Positions 15,301-26,313 of a stretch of DNA of 64,000 nucleotides are shown piece by piece. The translations under genes and the position numbers were made by a program. Origin of the DNA: Phyllosticta citribraziliensis (taxonomy: Eukaryota); contig NW_027117338.1 in NCBI RefSeq assembly GCF_038025025.1, positions 1,302,001 to 1,366,000 of the forward strand. Reading direction: 5' to 3'. Position 1 is the stretch's first letter. Each line of letters opens with the position of its first letter. The notes beneath the pieces are model-generated. The model saw only the letters and a list, made by a program, of their open reading frames with translations. It was not told the origin of the DNA and ran no database searches.

Positions 15301-17737
15301 TCCTCTATAAGTTAGGAGGCGTACTATATATTTAATAATCCTTTTAGGCACTTCTATAGGTTAGTATAGATTAGATCTGCTCTATAGGTAGTATAAGCTA
15401 TTAAGGCGCTATTAATAAACTGCTCTATAGTATAGTATAAGACCTTCCCTTATTTAGTTATACTACCTCTATAGCTAATATCTTCTTCTAATAGATTAGG
15501 GTTAAAGTAACTAATATTATCTAGGTAGAAATACTAGGTTATTCTTCTAGTATATAGTCCTAATACCTAGTTATACTCCTTATTATTACCTATACCCTAT
15601 AGGGGAATAAACTAAAAGGTAGTAGACTATTTATCCTCTTCCCTATCCCTAAAGGGAGGGGAGCTTAATAGGAGTAGCTCCTCTATCTTATACTAGATAT
15701 ACCTTTCCTAGTATCTCTATCTCTAGTTTTTACTAGAGAAATAGTTTCCCTCCTATAACTATAGTAGTCTTAGTACCACTTAGCCTCCGCCTCGGGGCGC
15801 GCTTATTTTAAGTATAGATAGGTATATACTAAGCTTCTTAAGTTACTTATTAACCCCCTTATTTATTATAGTAAGGTTTATTATCTATACTTTCTATTAT
15901 TTAGAGAATATATCTTAGAGCATATCTAGCTTTACTCCTAAAGATTCTAGGGTTATAGCAGGCTACTAGATCTCCTTAGTCTGGTCTATAGCACTATACT
16001 AGTCGCGTGTATGTAGCAGTGTTGTATTATATAGGGGCGGCTAGTTATAGTATATATACCTTAGGGGAGGATTCTAGTTTCCTAGTAGCTATTAGTAGGA
16101 GAAAGGAAGACCACTATATAGGTATTAGCTAAAACCTAGACCTGTACTACTCTAGAAAATATTAGGTAGTTAACTAAAGGGTTAGTAAGAGCAGCCTTAA
16201 GGAAGCCTATAGCTAGGTAGGAAGGGAGGTTATCTAAACTAGCCTTTATAAGTATAGCTGGTATCTTTACTAAAATTTAGTAGAATATGGCAGTTTTTAA
16301 AATTATTATCTATAGAAGAATAAGGACTCTATAGATTATATTCTAGTTTATTATCTATAGGTAGGCTGCTAGTATAGGTAACTAGCTACTTTCCTTTAGA
16401 AGGTTTTAGTTAGGAAGTATAAGGGGGCGTTACCTACTTATCTTAGAGCTAGTATAGCCTTATACTTATATATATCTATAACTAGAGTTATTAATAGGTG
16501 CGTATAGAAGTAGAGTAATATAAAGAAGATGAGCATCCTTAAGTTAGTATAGGTATTAGTAAAATAGGTCGTTAAGGCTCTATAGATAGTATAGGTTATA
16601 GATAAATTAATATGTAGTATAGAGATTTTAATTAAGGTCGTCTATAAAGTAAGGTAATAGGTGTTTATACCTAAGAAGAGGGTAGATCTACTAAGTAGAT
16701 AATTAGTCGGCCCTTTCCCTATCTAGGTATAGTATAGCCTCTAGTAGGAGGAGTAGGTCCTAATAGTTCCTAGGTTAACCCTAGTATAACTTCTAGGGTA
16801 ATTATAGCAGGTCCTAAAGGTAACTAGGGTGCTATCTTAGCTTATAGCTAGGGAGGCGCTTTAAGGACTATACCTAGAGCTAATACCTCTAGTATAGTAA
16901 GATGTCCTAGTATAGTTAGAGAAAGGTACTAGAATAGATTATATAGGGACTAGGACACTCTTAAGCCTATACTTATATTATATTAGCCTGGCTCCTTACG
17001 CGGCGTAGTTAGGACCGGGTTTAGTAGTAAACCTACTATATTAGTAGATATTAGTATGCTTAGTATTATAGTCCTTATACCCTTAGCTAGAGCCTCTTCT
17101 ATATGTTCCTATTCTATAACTACTAGGCAATTCTCTAGGAATAATTTAGTATAGGCGGTATTAACTCGTTTTAAGGCTTACTAGAAGGCAGCCTGGTTTA
17201 TACCTCCTATAGAATCCTAATATACTAGATAATCTAGGCACCTTTAAGATGCCTTAGCTTAATAAGTAGACACTCCTATACTACCTAGGGGCTTAAATAT
17301 TTCTATAAGAAGGTTAATATAAGTCCTTACTACTAGGGTAATCTATTTAAGCCGTTACTTATATTTGCTATAATAAAGGAAGGCCTTAAGCTACTAGGTA
17401 GATAGTATATCCTCTTCTAAAACTAATATAGTAAACTTATTATTTAGGGACCATATTATAGACGGTTCCTTATACTAGTACTAAGTATTAAAGGGAGGAG
17501 TAAGCGTAGTAGAAGTAAGGGTCCTACTATAATAATACTAGTACTAGGTTATATAAGAAGGGAGATCCTTACTAGGCGCTATATAGAAGTGTATTATTAG
17601 CTGTTTTAAGGAGATTTTCCTAGGTTTTAGTAGAAGTAGACTTATAGTATTTATATATTAGTAGTAATAAAGGTCCTAGACGTAGGGGGGACGCTATAGT
17701 AAAAGGAAGTACTATAGTACTTTTAGCTACTAAATAA

Positions 17738-17910
17738 TATTATAAGTTTAGTTAGGATGTCTTTTTTTAAGTAAGGATTATATTATTATTATCTCTATCT
17801 TAGCCCTAGGGCCCTACTTATTCTTATCTGCTTACTTATACTACTAAGCCTACTAGCTAGTACCTGCCTTGCTTATCTAAGGCGTCCCTAACTATCTGCG
17901 GACTATAATA
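17738..17910 (-). repeat. gypsy 5' LTR (173 bp)
   Basis: Direct repeat of 6129-6301, followed by TSD GTACG. Confidence 0.95.
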
Positions 17911-19181
17911 GTACGCGATTATAGAATTATTCTATGCCCTAGTAATAATAGTACTCTTAGCTTATAAATCTATATAGATGCTGCTTTTACTAATAATCTA
18001 GATACTTATTAGTCCTTATTAGGCTATATTGTTATGGCTTTAGGTAGTTTACTATATATAAAGAGTAGGAGATAGAAGCTTATTAGTATATCTATAATAG
18101 AAGCTAAGTTTATTAACCTTACTCCTACTATTAAATAAGCTATCTAGATGACTTAAGTTCTTACTAAAATAGGTTATAAGGGCTCTAATACTTAACTAAT
18201 CTAGCTCTATAATAATAATAAGAACGCCGTCTAATTTGCTAATAGTATAGAGTTTAATACTACTATAAAACACATTAATCTATACTACTAGTATATTAAG
18301 TAGGTAGTTATAGATAGAACTATAACCGTCTCTTATATCTCTACTAATAAGATAATTATGGATGGGCTTACTAAAGTATTAGTAATAGTTAAGCACCGCT
18401 GCTTTTATGACCTTATTAGGTATAGACTAATATAGTAAGTTTTCTATTTAGTTAATATGACTACTTATATATCTACTCTACTATGACTGTCTCTTTTCTC
18501 GTCCTAGGGGGTGTGTTGGTGGTCCTATATAACAATACTAAGCAGTCTCCTGTCGCGTCGTCTTAGCTGCAGTTTGCCTGGATGACTGTAGCTTGTCCGG
18601 ATGATGACTTGCTGCTTCAGTTAAGATGCGCTTGTCTGTCGGCTTTACACATCTTAATAAGTTTAGGACTCGTCGGCAGTTGGCACCAGCTACTGCTCCC
18701 CCTAGTAGTTTCAGCAGTATATAGATAGCTCTTAGAGTAGCCTTAAATGGAGTCTTCAGTTCTCTCATCTTACTTCGTCAGTTGTGGGTAGTATAAGATG
18801 CAAGCCGCGTGCATTGTACTTGACTGATGCAGACCAGGTTCTTTGTTACGTACTAAAGCATTTGCTTGGATCGCCGTGTGAAGCTAAGGCGTGTTAAAGT
18901 CTGGCCAAGTCATGCACGCATTTTTTGGAGCGTGGCCGCTCTTCGTGTGAAAGAGCGGCTTGATGGTCCCTTAAAGGGAAGCCAGCTTGATGGAAACATG
19001 GCGAATCACGCCTGGAAAGGCGTGTAAGAGGCATTTAAAGGGTGTGGGATGCACTCTAACCAAGGCCTTCCTATCGCCCTTCCGTACGCTCTTCCATCCC
19101 CTATTCTCTGCCATTTTCTCCTGTCTGGGTGCCTTTTCCCTCTTTAACCTACCCAATCATTGAATACGCCAGATCAACAAC

Positions 19182-19769
19182 ATGCCTGGTCGTCCATGGC
19201 CTATCGAGGATAAGAATCGGGTATGCCAAATGCGTTTGTGCCGTGACTCTGAAACTGGCTGACAAATGTGCCAGCTCTTACTAGGTATTGTCAAAGTCAC
19301 GAAATTCAAGTTGAGTGACGGATACTGTAAGAAACTCGAAAAATTCATGGGCAATAGTAAGTACTGTCCTTCCTTGGACTTGACGACTTTTCTGACAATC
19401 TGCATAGGATATACTCCCAACGCAATTTACAAACAGCTGGCAAAGATACTCTCGGATGCCGAAAAGTCTGGATTGCTTTGCGAAGAAGATGGCGATCGGA
19501 TGCTAGTTAGCCCGAAGAGGAAAGCATCGCCCCGAAGGGTGAAGACTAAGAAAATCAAGGTGGAAAAGTCAAGTGATAATGAGTCCTTGGATTCGCCTCC
19601 TATTGGCGATAGCACGATGCCTGATGCTTCGCCGCCGCGTCGTCTGCCGGAGCGGGCCAAGCGGGCCTCTATTTCCTACAGAGAACTTGCAGGTGACACC
19701 GAGGGCTCCTCGGACACCGACTCTGTCAAGCTTCGGTCGAATGTGTTAGAGGATTGCGACGAAGTGTAG
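19182..19769 (+). CDS. Small Myb/SANT-like domain protein, paralog A (~160 aa)
   Basis: Exons 19182-19220, 19275-19356, 19408-19769; introns GTATGC..CTGAC..CAG and GTAAGT..CTGAC..TAG. Product MPGRPWPIEDKNRLLLGIVKVTKFKLSDGYCKKLEKFMGNRYTPNAIYKQLAKIL... plus basic tail (SPKRKASPRR, IKVE). Confidence 0.8.
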
Positions 19770-20495
19770 ATCTTGATATTGTCTTCAAATCAAGTCGCTA
19801 CTTTCGAACAAGAAGTCTGAAAGATGCTCCATGAGCTGTGGCGCTTGGGTGGACGAATGCTCCTGGTCTGTAGGTGACCGCTCGGTTGAATGCTTCTTGT
19901 CTGAAGAGGAGTACGTGTTCCCTTCCGAAAATTACGGTCTGGACTATTCAAATGAATGTGGTTAGGTTGTTCCCAGCTTGTAACCTGACACCAAATTGAA
20001 ATGTTTGCAAGCTGCCACTTGTGTACATGTGATGATCCCAAGATCCCAAGGCCGGAGCTGACCAAGATGAAAAGGCTTCTCGGAGACGGAATGTTCCAAC
20101 AAGGTCTGCAAAAAGTTGACCATGGTTGAGATTTGCTCCATAAAGTTCGAGTTCGGTTCGAATGCCACCTGGATGATTCTTCTACCCATCCTGGTCCTGG
20201 ATTAAGTGAGTGACGGCAAAGAATACCTTCACTGCACCTGATTCATGGACGTATAGTGATAGTTCACTGCAGCCGGAGCCATGTCAGGGCGGCTTGATGC
20301 GAAAGAGAACGACTCAATGGTGGCCTGTTAGAATGTCAACTTCGTAGGGCGGTGGTGATAAGGTTCCAACGCTCTCCGTGGCCATTTAACACACGTGTCC
20401 CTTTGAGCGTGGCTCTGCTCCTGACAGTTCCAATCCTCTAGTCGTCAGCGAACATCCTCAAAACAGTCTCCAAAACTGTACCAGTGTACTCCACC

Positions 20496-21092
20496 ATGCC
20501 GAGCTGGCGCGCCCAGGATAAAGCGGAGCTTCTCCAGCACACCGTTGACCTGGCCCGAGTCACAATGACAAAGGGGTTTTACCATGAGATTTCGAAAAGA
20601 ATGGGAGGTCGTAAGTGAAGCCCCTGATTGCAGCTGCAGTACTACCGTTGAGAATGTTGCTCTGATACTTGCAAAGGATTCTCACCGGAAGGAATCCGGC
20701 AGCAATTCATCAAAATGCACAAAGAGTACAAAGGTGGATCTTTGAAAACCGAAGAACGCGTCAATCCACCGAAGTCATCGCCGGCAAAGGGGACGTCTCC
20801 CGTCCGGGGAGGAGGAAAAAGAAAAAGAGATGCGTCGAATCTGACGCCGTCTCCAAGCCCCACTGGAGAGAAGATGAAGACACTGATCAGGTCTCTCCCT
20901 CCGCGAAAGTGTCCTAGGAAGTCGTACATCGAGTCGGACATCGACGGGTCCGTCACAGAAAGCGACACGGGTAAGAAGCCTTCCAAGTCCAAGTCAAAGG
21001 CGAGGATGAATGGCTTCAGTGCCGACATGCTGGACAAGATCAAGTATGAGGACGAGGAAATGGAATTTGAAATTGACGGCGTTCCCTCCTAA
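20496..21092 (+). CDS. Small Myb/SANT-like domain protein, paralog B (~176 aa)
   Basis: Good start context CCACCATG; exons 20496-20610, 20677-21092; intron GTAAGT..CTGAT..AAG joins in frame to ORF 20715-21092. Product MPSWRAQDKAELLQHTVDLARVTMTKGFYHEISKRMGGRFSPEGIRQQFIKMHK... Confidence 0.8.
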
Positions 21093-22214
21093 GCCAGACA
21101 GACCGTGCAGACTGTCAACCCACGACACGGAAATCCATGTCGCTCGCTCGCTGAGAGGGATGGCGTTGGCGTTTTGATTGCTTGCTGCTTTTGAAGTAAT
21201 AATGCCGCCCAAATTGTGTGGCAATTGATGGTAGCTTGGAGGTGATGGATGGTCTTTCCCCTTTGCCTTGGCGGTTCAAACCAGAAATCGAGAAGTCGTT
21301 GCTTTGCGACCTGGCTCTATTGCGCCCGTGACGTCCGATGCTTCCCATTCTGGCGAGGCAAAGCACATCGAGATCCCGGAGTCGTAGAATCTGCTCGTCG
21401 GAAGTGATGCTAGCGAGTCCATACCAAATCTGCTCCCGTGTGTCACCAGTGTCCTCTCTTTAGCAACCTTACTCATAGTCTGACCTACCTGAGTAAATGC
21501 TGGCATTCCAGGGATAGGAGGTTGGGGTCGAAGATATTGAAACACTTCGACCTTAGCTCCGGGCCAGGTGGGCTTGGAACCAAGTACGAATGTGGAAAGG
21601 TGAAAGTTTATGCATGTGCGGGTCGGCCGGAATTGTTACTTGGCATACCATGCCACTCCAACACCATAGAGCTTACATGTGCTCAGGTATTGCTAGCTTG
21701 GGCTATGGTAAGTTTGAAGTTAGGAAGCCTCCTTTGCCGCGGAGACTGACACTTACATTGGTTGGAAGCGCGGGGGAACCAAATCTGATGTTATTTCTAC
21801 AAACCTTCGACTGTAGGAACGTCGGAGACCAACGCCAGCGACAATCTAGAACCAAGCCGGGCATATTTTGGGTAAGCAGGAACAGCTTCCGGTTGTGTTT
21901 GGGCACCGCAGATAGAGCTCCGGGCTCTGTGAGAGGCAGAACGAGCAAGAAACGGACTAGGGCCGAAGTAAAGGTTCGATGTCTGTTCGTTCAAACGTGT
22001 CTGAGTTGTCTGGACTGCGTCAACCCGACGCAATCCCAAATGGACCATGACTGGTGAGCTGCTGTGGAGGGCGGAGTGGGCGCATTAGCTCCCAATATTT
22101 ATTGGTGTTTGGTCCTCTTGGAGAAAAGTCTGCCCTTCTTGACATCCGACCGTTCGACACCGCATACGCTGTTCCGTAAAGTATCCTCGCAGGTTTAGAC
22201 TTGAAGCTGTCAAA

Positions 22215-22869
22215 ATGCCTAGAGGCTCCACTTGGACAATTGAAGACGACTTCCTTGTATGCTCTTGTCCAGCTGTTGATCTCCAGAAGCAGAAACTGAT
22301 CGAGGCTGCAGCTGCTTCTCGAAGTCATGGGGATATCCGGAGTGAAAGCTGGCAAAGCCATATTTACAGAAGTCTCAAAGCGCCTGCCTGGACAAAGTGA
22401 GTCAATCTCGACAGTTCTTTCTTTCCCCGAACTCAACCCCGGGAGAAGTGTCCGGGACTATGAAGACCTCACGCCAGACTCTAATTTCTGTGCAGGGACC
22501 CCGAAGGCCGTCGACCATCGATGGCAGTACTTGAACTCAAAGTACAAGAACGGAAAATTGACCAACAAGTCGGCGAGCAGCCCCCCAAGTGTCACAACGA
22601 CGCCGAAGACTCTGAAGAGATCTTCTCCGCTTAAGGGGAAGGGGAAAAAAGTCGCCTTTTCTCAGAGCACCACTCCGGGATCATCTCCCGCTCCGAGTGA
22701 CGATGGGTTGGCCATTGAAGGGACTTCACTGTCCCCTCAGCGTTCTTCCACAAGGAAGGCGGCAAGGAAGAATTATGCCGAATTCGACATGTGCGAGTCC
22801 GATGAGAATGATGATGACGGCACAGGAGAGACTGTGTTTGAGGATGTTGAGATCAAGACTGAGGTGTAG
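22215..22869 (+). CDS. Small Myb/SANT-like domain protein, paralog C (~166 aa)
   Basis: Exons 22215-22256, 22312-22396, 22496-22869; introns GTATGC..CTGAT..CAG and GTGAGT..CTAAT..CAG. Product MPRGSTWTIEDDFLLLLEVMGISGVKAGKAIFTEVSKRLPGQRTPKAVDHRWQYL... fits the Myb repeat pattern WT.EED..L...LPGRT......RW..L. Confidence 0.85.
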
Positions 22870-25653
22870 AGTGACGAGCGTGTGTACGTGTCTTTTCCGG
22901 CACGACGCTTGAATGCTCCTGAACCCCTGGCCAAAAATAGCCTGGGGTTGACTTGAATGCTTCCCGTCTCTTTTCCGGCGTTTCTGGCTTTCCATCCTTC
23001 CCCTCTTTCTGTGTCTAGGGCCGGGAACAAAGCTGTGTGCGGCTTGCCCTCCTTCTCGTGGCGATGAGGCTGGCAGTGTATTCCCCACCCTTCCCCATTT
23101 TCTCTGGTCTTCAATCTTTGACCGAGCCTCTTTTGTCGACTCTCCTTTGTGGTCTGGAGTTTTCCCTTCGCAGCCTCACCCGAAGCACACCATTTTCAAT
23201 GGCCCAGTTGCAGTCGTGTGCGACACGAATGCTTGCTCCTGGCTCGCTCACTCTCTTGCCTTTTCAGACCCGGAAGCGTTATGGCGTACTGGCTTCAGTT
23301 GGGAACCAAGTTGTCTATGGTAGCGATATGTTGTTTCTTTTTCTCCTACTTGTCTTGTGGCGTGTCGGTTCCGCTTGAGCGTCCAAATTGTCCGTAGTGG
23401 AAACCAGATTGTTTGCCCGCGACCCTGCTGTCTGTTTCATTTCCTGATTGATTCTCCTCGACGCTCCCTCGCCCTTCCGTGATCGTTTCTGGAGACGCCG
23501 GCGGCGTGCGGATCTTGGCCTCAGAAAGCCAAATTGGCCGCAGGCTTGCACCAAATGGACGTCGTCATGATCTCGATGGATTGCGGTGATTGTGATTGTG
23601 ATTGTGAATGAGACGCGTTCTGAGTCAAGTCGTGCTTTCTTCTCTGTAGTCCTACCGTAGTACGCATCGCGATGTTATCAGTTGTTGCACATCTTTTGTG
23701 CAGTCGTGGTCGGTCAAAGCTAATTTGAAAGTTTGACCCCTGCCGCTGGGTCCATCTGACTCGTGAAAAAGAAATATCGCCGCTTGCACCTGGGTTGTAA
23801 GGACGACCAGGTGGTGAAAAGCTTGTGACTAATACAGTCTTGCAAGGTAGGATGGATGGAAATGTTTCCGCGAAAAGCCGCGGCTAGGAGCGAGTCAGTA
23901 GGTATATAGATGACAATTAGAACATATTTTCCCCTCCGTTCCTTCCTTCTTCCTCTCCCATCTCTGAATTTCATTGTACAATCATAGCTCACCTTTAGAA
24001 ATATTTCTGTGGTGATCCTAAGTCATCTTTACCATATGATACCAGAATCCTGAAGGCGCTTCCGGGTGTGAAGTGGACTATGCTGCTAAGGTGGTATTTT
24101 GAATCCCCTGATTACCCCTGGAAGACTGAACGCACAGTGCTTTCGCAGTGGCTCTTCCAAACAGGTGAAACGCACACCATTTTCGACTTGAGCGGAGGTG
24201 TTGCCTGAGAATCTACTGTGGGTGTGATAAGTAGCTATCTTCAATTTCAGCCGAAGTCTTAACAGTCTCGAATCCTGCTGTAGAGGTCAACGATCCCGTC
24301 GCGAGAATGCATGTAAGTCTGGAACTGCATCGTCGACAAGGGGCGCGAACGGGGTGTTTATAAGCAGGTGGAGCCGGATTCGATGAGTCTGGGCAGAAAA
24401 CGAGGTTCAGATGCCTAGGGCGTCCTCTTTCCACGAGTCTTTCCTTGATGGTCAGTTCCAAGTGCCGACGCATTGCTATGGGTCGATGGAATGGGTGGTG
24501 AGACCCTTGGAGTCTCCTCCCAGCCAACAGCGTTCTGCGAGCGCAGGCATATTAGCAATTCTCGGATTGGATTTGAGAAGAGCACGTTCGACACGCGCAC
24601 TATTGCCTCAGACTCACGACAGAATCAAAGGGTGACCCAGACGCTCCAACCCTACGTTCTCTCGCTGGCAAGCACACGTAGTCCCAGCCGCCGTCCTGTT
24701 CGGGCATTGGGAATGGTGGACCCGCCAGCAACGCAGTCAGACTTGTGCGGTTGTTCTGCATTTCCGCGTCTGACGGGTCCCAACTCGAGGCCGCGCTGCG
24801 CGAACATTTGACATGGCGGGTCCACTCTTGTCTGCTGGAGCACTCCTGCCAGCTGTGATTTTTCTCACCTTGGCAGGAAATTGGATGCCGCTCATGTGGG
24901 AACGGGACTGTACAGCGGCGAGGACGAGGTATCTGCGCCATCGCGGACTTCATGTTGGATGCGAAAAGGCTTTCGGGCTCCCGTGAGCTCTTTCATCTTG
25001 TTTGAGGTTGTCTTGCCCACCGCGCCCAAGTTCAGACGGCCGGACTGCCGCTTCCTCGTATCCTTCTCGCGTTTATAATTAGCATATTGATGTGTTAAAA
25101 AGAGATCATGTCCCTAACTTGAAAGGATTGTACCAATGTTCACGGGATGTTCTGAAGAGGCTATTGCTGTGGTTAAGCAGCAGTCAGGGAGCTGACAGGT
25201 CAAGGGTCGTCAAGACATTAGCATACTTTTGGCGGACTCCTTGCAAGAATGTGTGACGTAACTGGGTAGTGCCGGTCTGGTAGCCGTGTGGGTATCGAGT
25301 AGGTATCGAGCGGCAGGCCGCCTCCCATTCGCCTGGATTTTTCCTGCACAGGGTGGTAGTGTTGTGCTTGTAGGTGATTGCTCGGGAGGTAGGTTCAACG
25401 GGTCAGGCCTTGCCTGCAATGCTCAGCAGCGCCGAGCACAGGGCGGGTGCTGCCAGCTGTGACGCCGAGCTGGGCGTGGGCTATAACTTGGTGGTCACCT
25501 CGTTACCTCCACCTCCCCTCACAACCTCTACCCCGTTACCTTTCTGCCCCATCAACCATTCCACCTCCACCTCGCACCCGTCTGCCAAATTCCTCGAGCC
25601 AAAGCTCTGCTCTTCGACAAGTTCTCAAACTTCCACGCGCTCCAACCGCCAGA

Positions 25654-26313
25654 ATGAAGCTGTATGTCAAAGCCCATCGTTTTGCCCTTCACTGAGCTTA
25701 CCTCCTGCGCAGCTGGTCACCTGAAGACGAGGCTCGCGTATTTGCGTGCGTCCTTGCTCTCAAGGACATCAAGCTGTCGAAGGATGATTGCAACGAAATT
25801 TCCAAGATGATGAACGGAGGTAAGTCGCTTACCCTCAGCTTGACTTGTGCCTACACCCGAGCCTTCTCTTCGACTTTCTCACCTTTGCGCCTCTACCGGA
25901 TGCGCTCGTCTCTCTGAGTCTCTAAAGAATGCTGATTTCCTACCCCAGACTTCTCCGGTGAGGCGATCCGTCAGCGCATCACGAAGAAGATCAAGAAGTC
26001 GTTCGAGGGCGCCAGTCCCAAGAAGGAGCTTCAGGTCGAGGTCAGTCTGGACTCTTCCCGTCCACCACACAATTTGGCTAATTTGACGGGGAACCAGACG
26101 GCCAGCCCTGGCAAGAAGTCCAAAGGCGCCGATCTGAAGAAGACGAAGACTGTTGGTGCCAAGAAGCGCGGCGCCAGTGCCTTGAAGAACGACGCCGGCG
26201 ACGACGAGGTTGATGAGGAGGCGGATCTTCCATCCAAGAAGGTCAAGACCGAGCCGAAGATCAAGGAGGACATCGTTGACTTCAACGGTTTCTTTGACCC
26301 TTACGCCAACTAG
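25654..26313 (+). CDS. Small Myb/SANT-like domain protein, paralog D (~140 aa)
   Basis: Exons 25654-25661, 25713-25819, 25949-26040, 26098-26313 with GTATGT/GTAAGT/GTCAGT donors and CAG acceptors (intron 3 is in frame and could be retained). Product MKLWSPEDEARVFACVLALKDIKLSKDDCNEISKMMNGDFSGEAIRQRITKKIKK...SPKK...VKTEPKIKED; strong C/G-ending codon bias. Confidence 0.85.

Larger units (their letters stand above)
6129..17910 (-). mobile_element. Full-length Ty3/gypsy chromovirus-like retrotransposon relic (11,782 bp)
   Basis: Two 173-bp LTRs flanked by a 5-bp TSD GTACG (6124-6128, 17911-17915). Minus-strand motifs in gypsy order: gag I-(G)-Y-F-(D)-P ~15500; protease L-(D-T)-G-A ~13850; RT Y-I-(D-D)-I ~12480; RNase H LFIDVD ~11990; integrase Y-(H)-P-(Q-T)-D-(G-Q) ~10510; chromodomain Y-(E)-I...Y-L-V-N-(W)-K-G-(W) ~9820-9905. 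Confidence 0.93.
1..18530. repeat. AT-rich, RIP-mutated retrotransposon block (likely heterochromatic)
   Basis: Strong TpA excess and CpA/TpG depletion; only three short ORFs in the track over 18.5 kb; recognisable retroelement motifs broken by TAG/TAA stops at Gln/Trp codons; composition returns to balanced GC at ~18.5-18.8 kb. Confidence 0.95.
2044..18540 (+). mobile_element. Ty1/copia retrotransposon relic, interrupted by the gypsy element at 6129-17910
   Basis: RIP-altered motifs in copia order: gag CCHC knuckle ~3049-3090; protease W-I-I-(D)-T-(G)-A ~3283-3303; integrase (D-N-G-M-E-F ~4062, P-E-Q-N-G ~4150); RT (D-(V)-K-T-A-F-L-N ~5446, K-S-L-Y-(G)-L ~5545, I-Y-(V-D-D)-L ~5683); RNase H after the insertion (DAAF ~17977, E-A-(E)-F ~18100, KHI(D) ~18268, DGLTK 18361); PPT AGGGGG then TGTTGG at 18514. 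The reading frame rejoins across the insertion (G-V-R|D-Y). LTR limits uncertain. Confidence 0.9.

Noticed and set aside
18514..18800. Complete copia 3' LTR and ORF 18538-18768
   Set aside because: A TG start after the PPT is visible, but I found no convincing match to 2044-2221 and no clear CA end; the short ORF has no coding signature.
22900..25600. A fifth Myb-like paralog between copies C and D
   Set aside because: No W-x3-D start with the conserved phase-1 intron found by eye; a decayed copy cannot be excluded without an HMM search.
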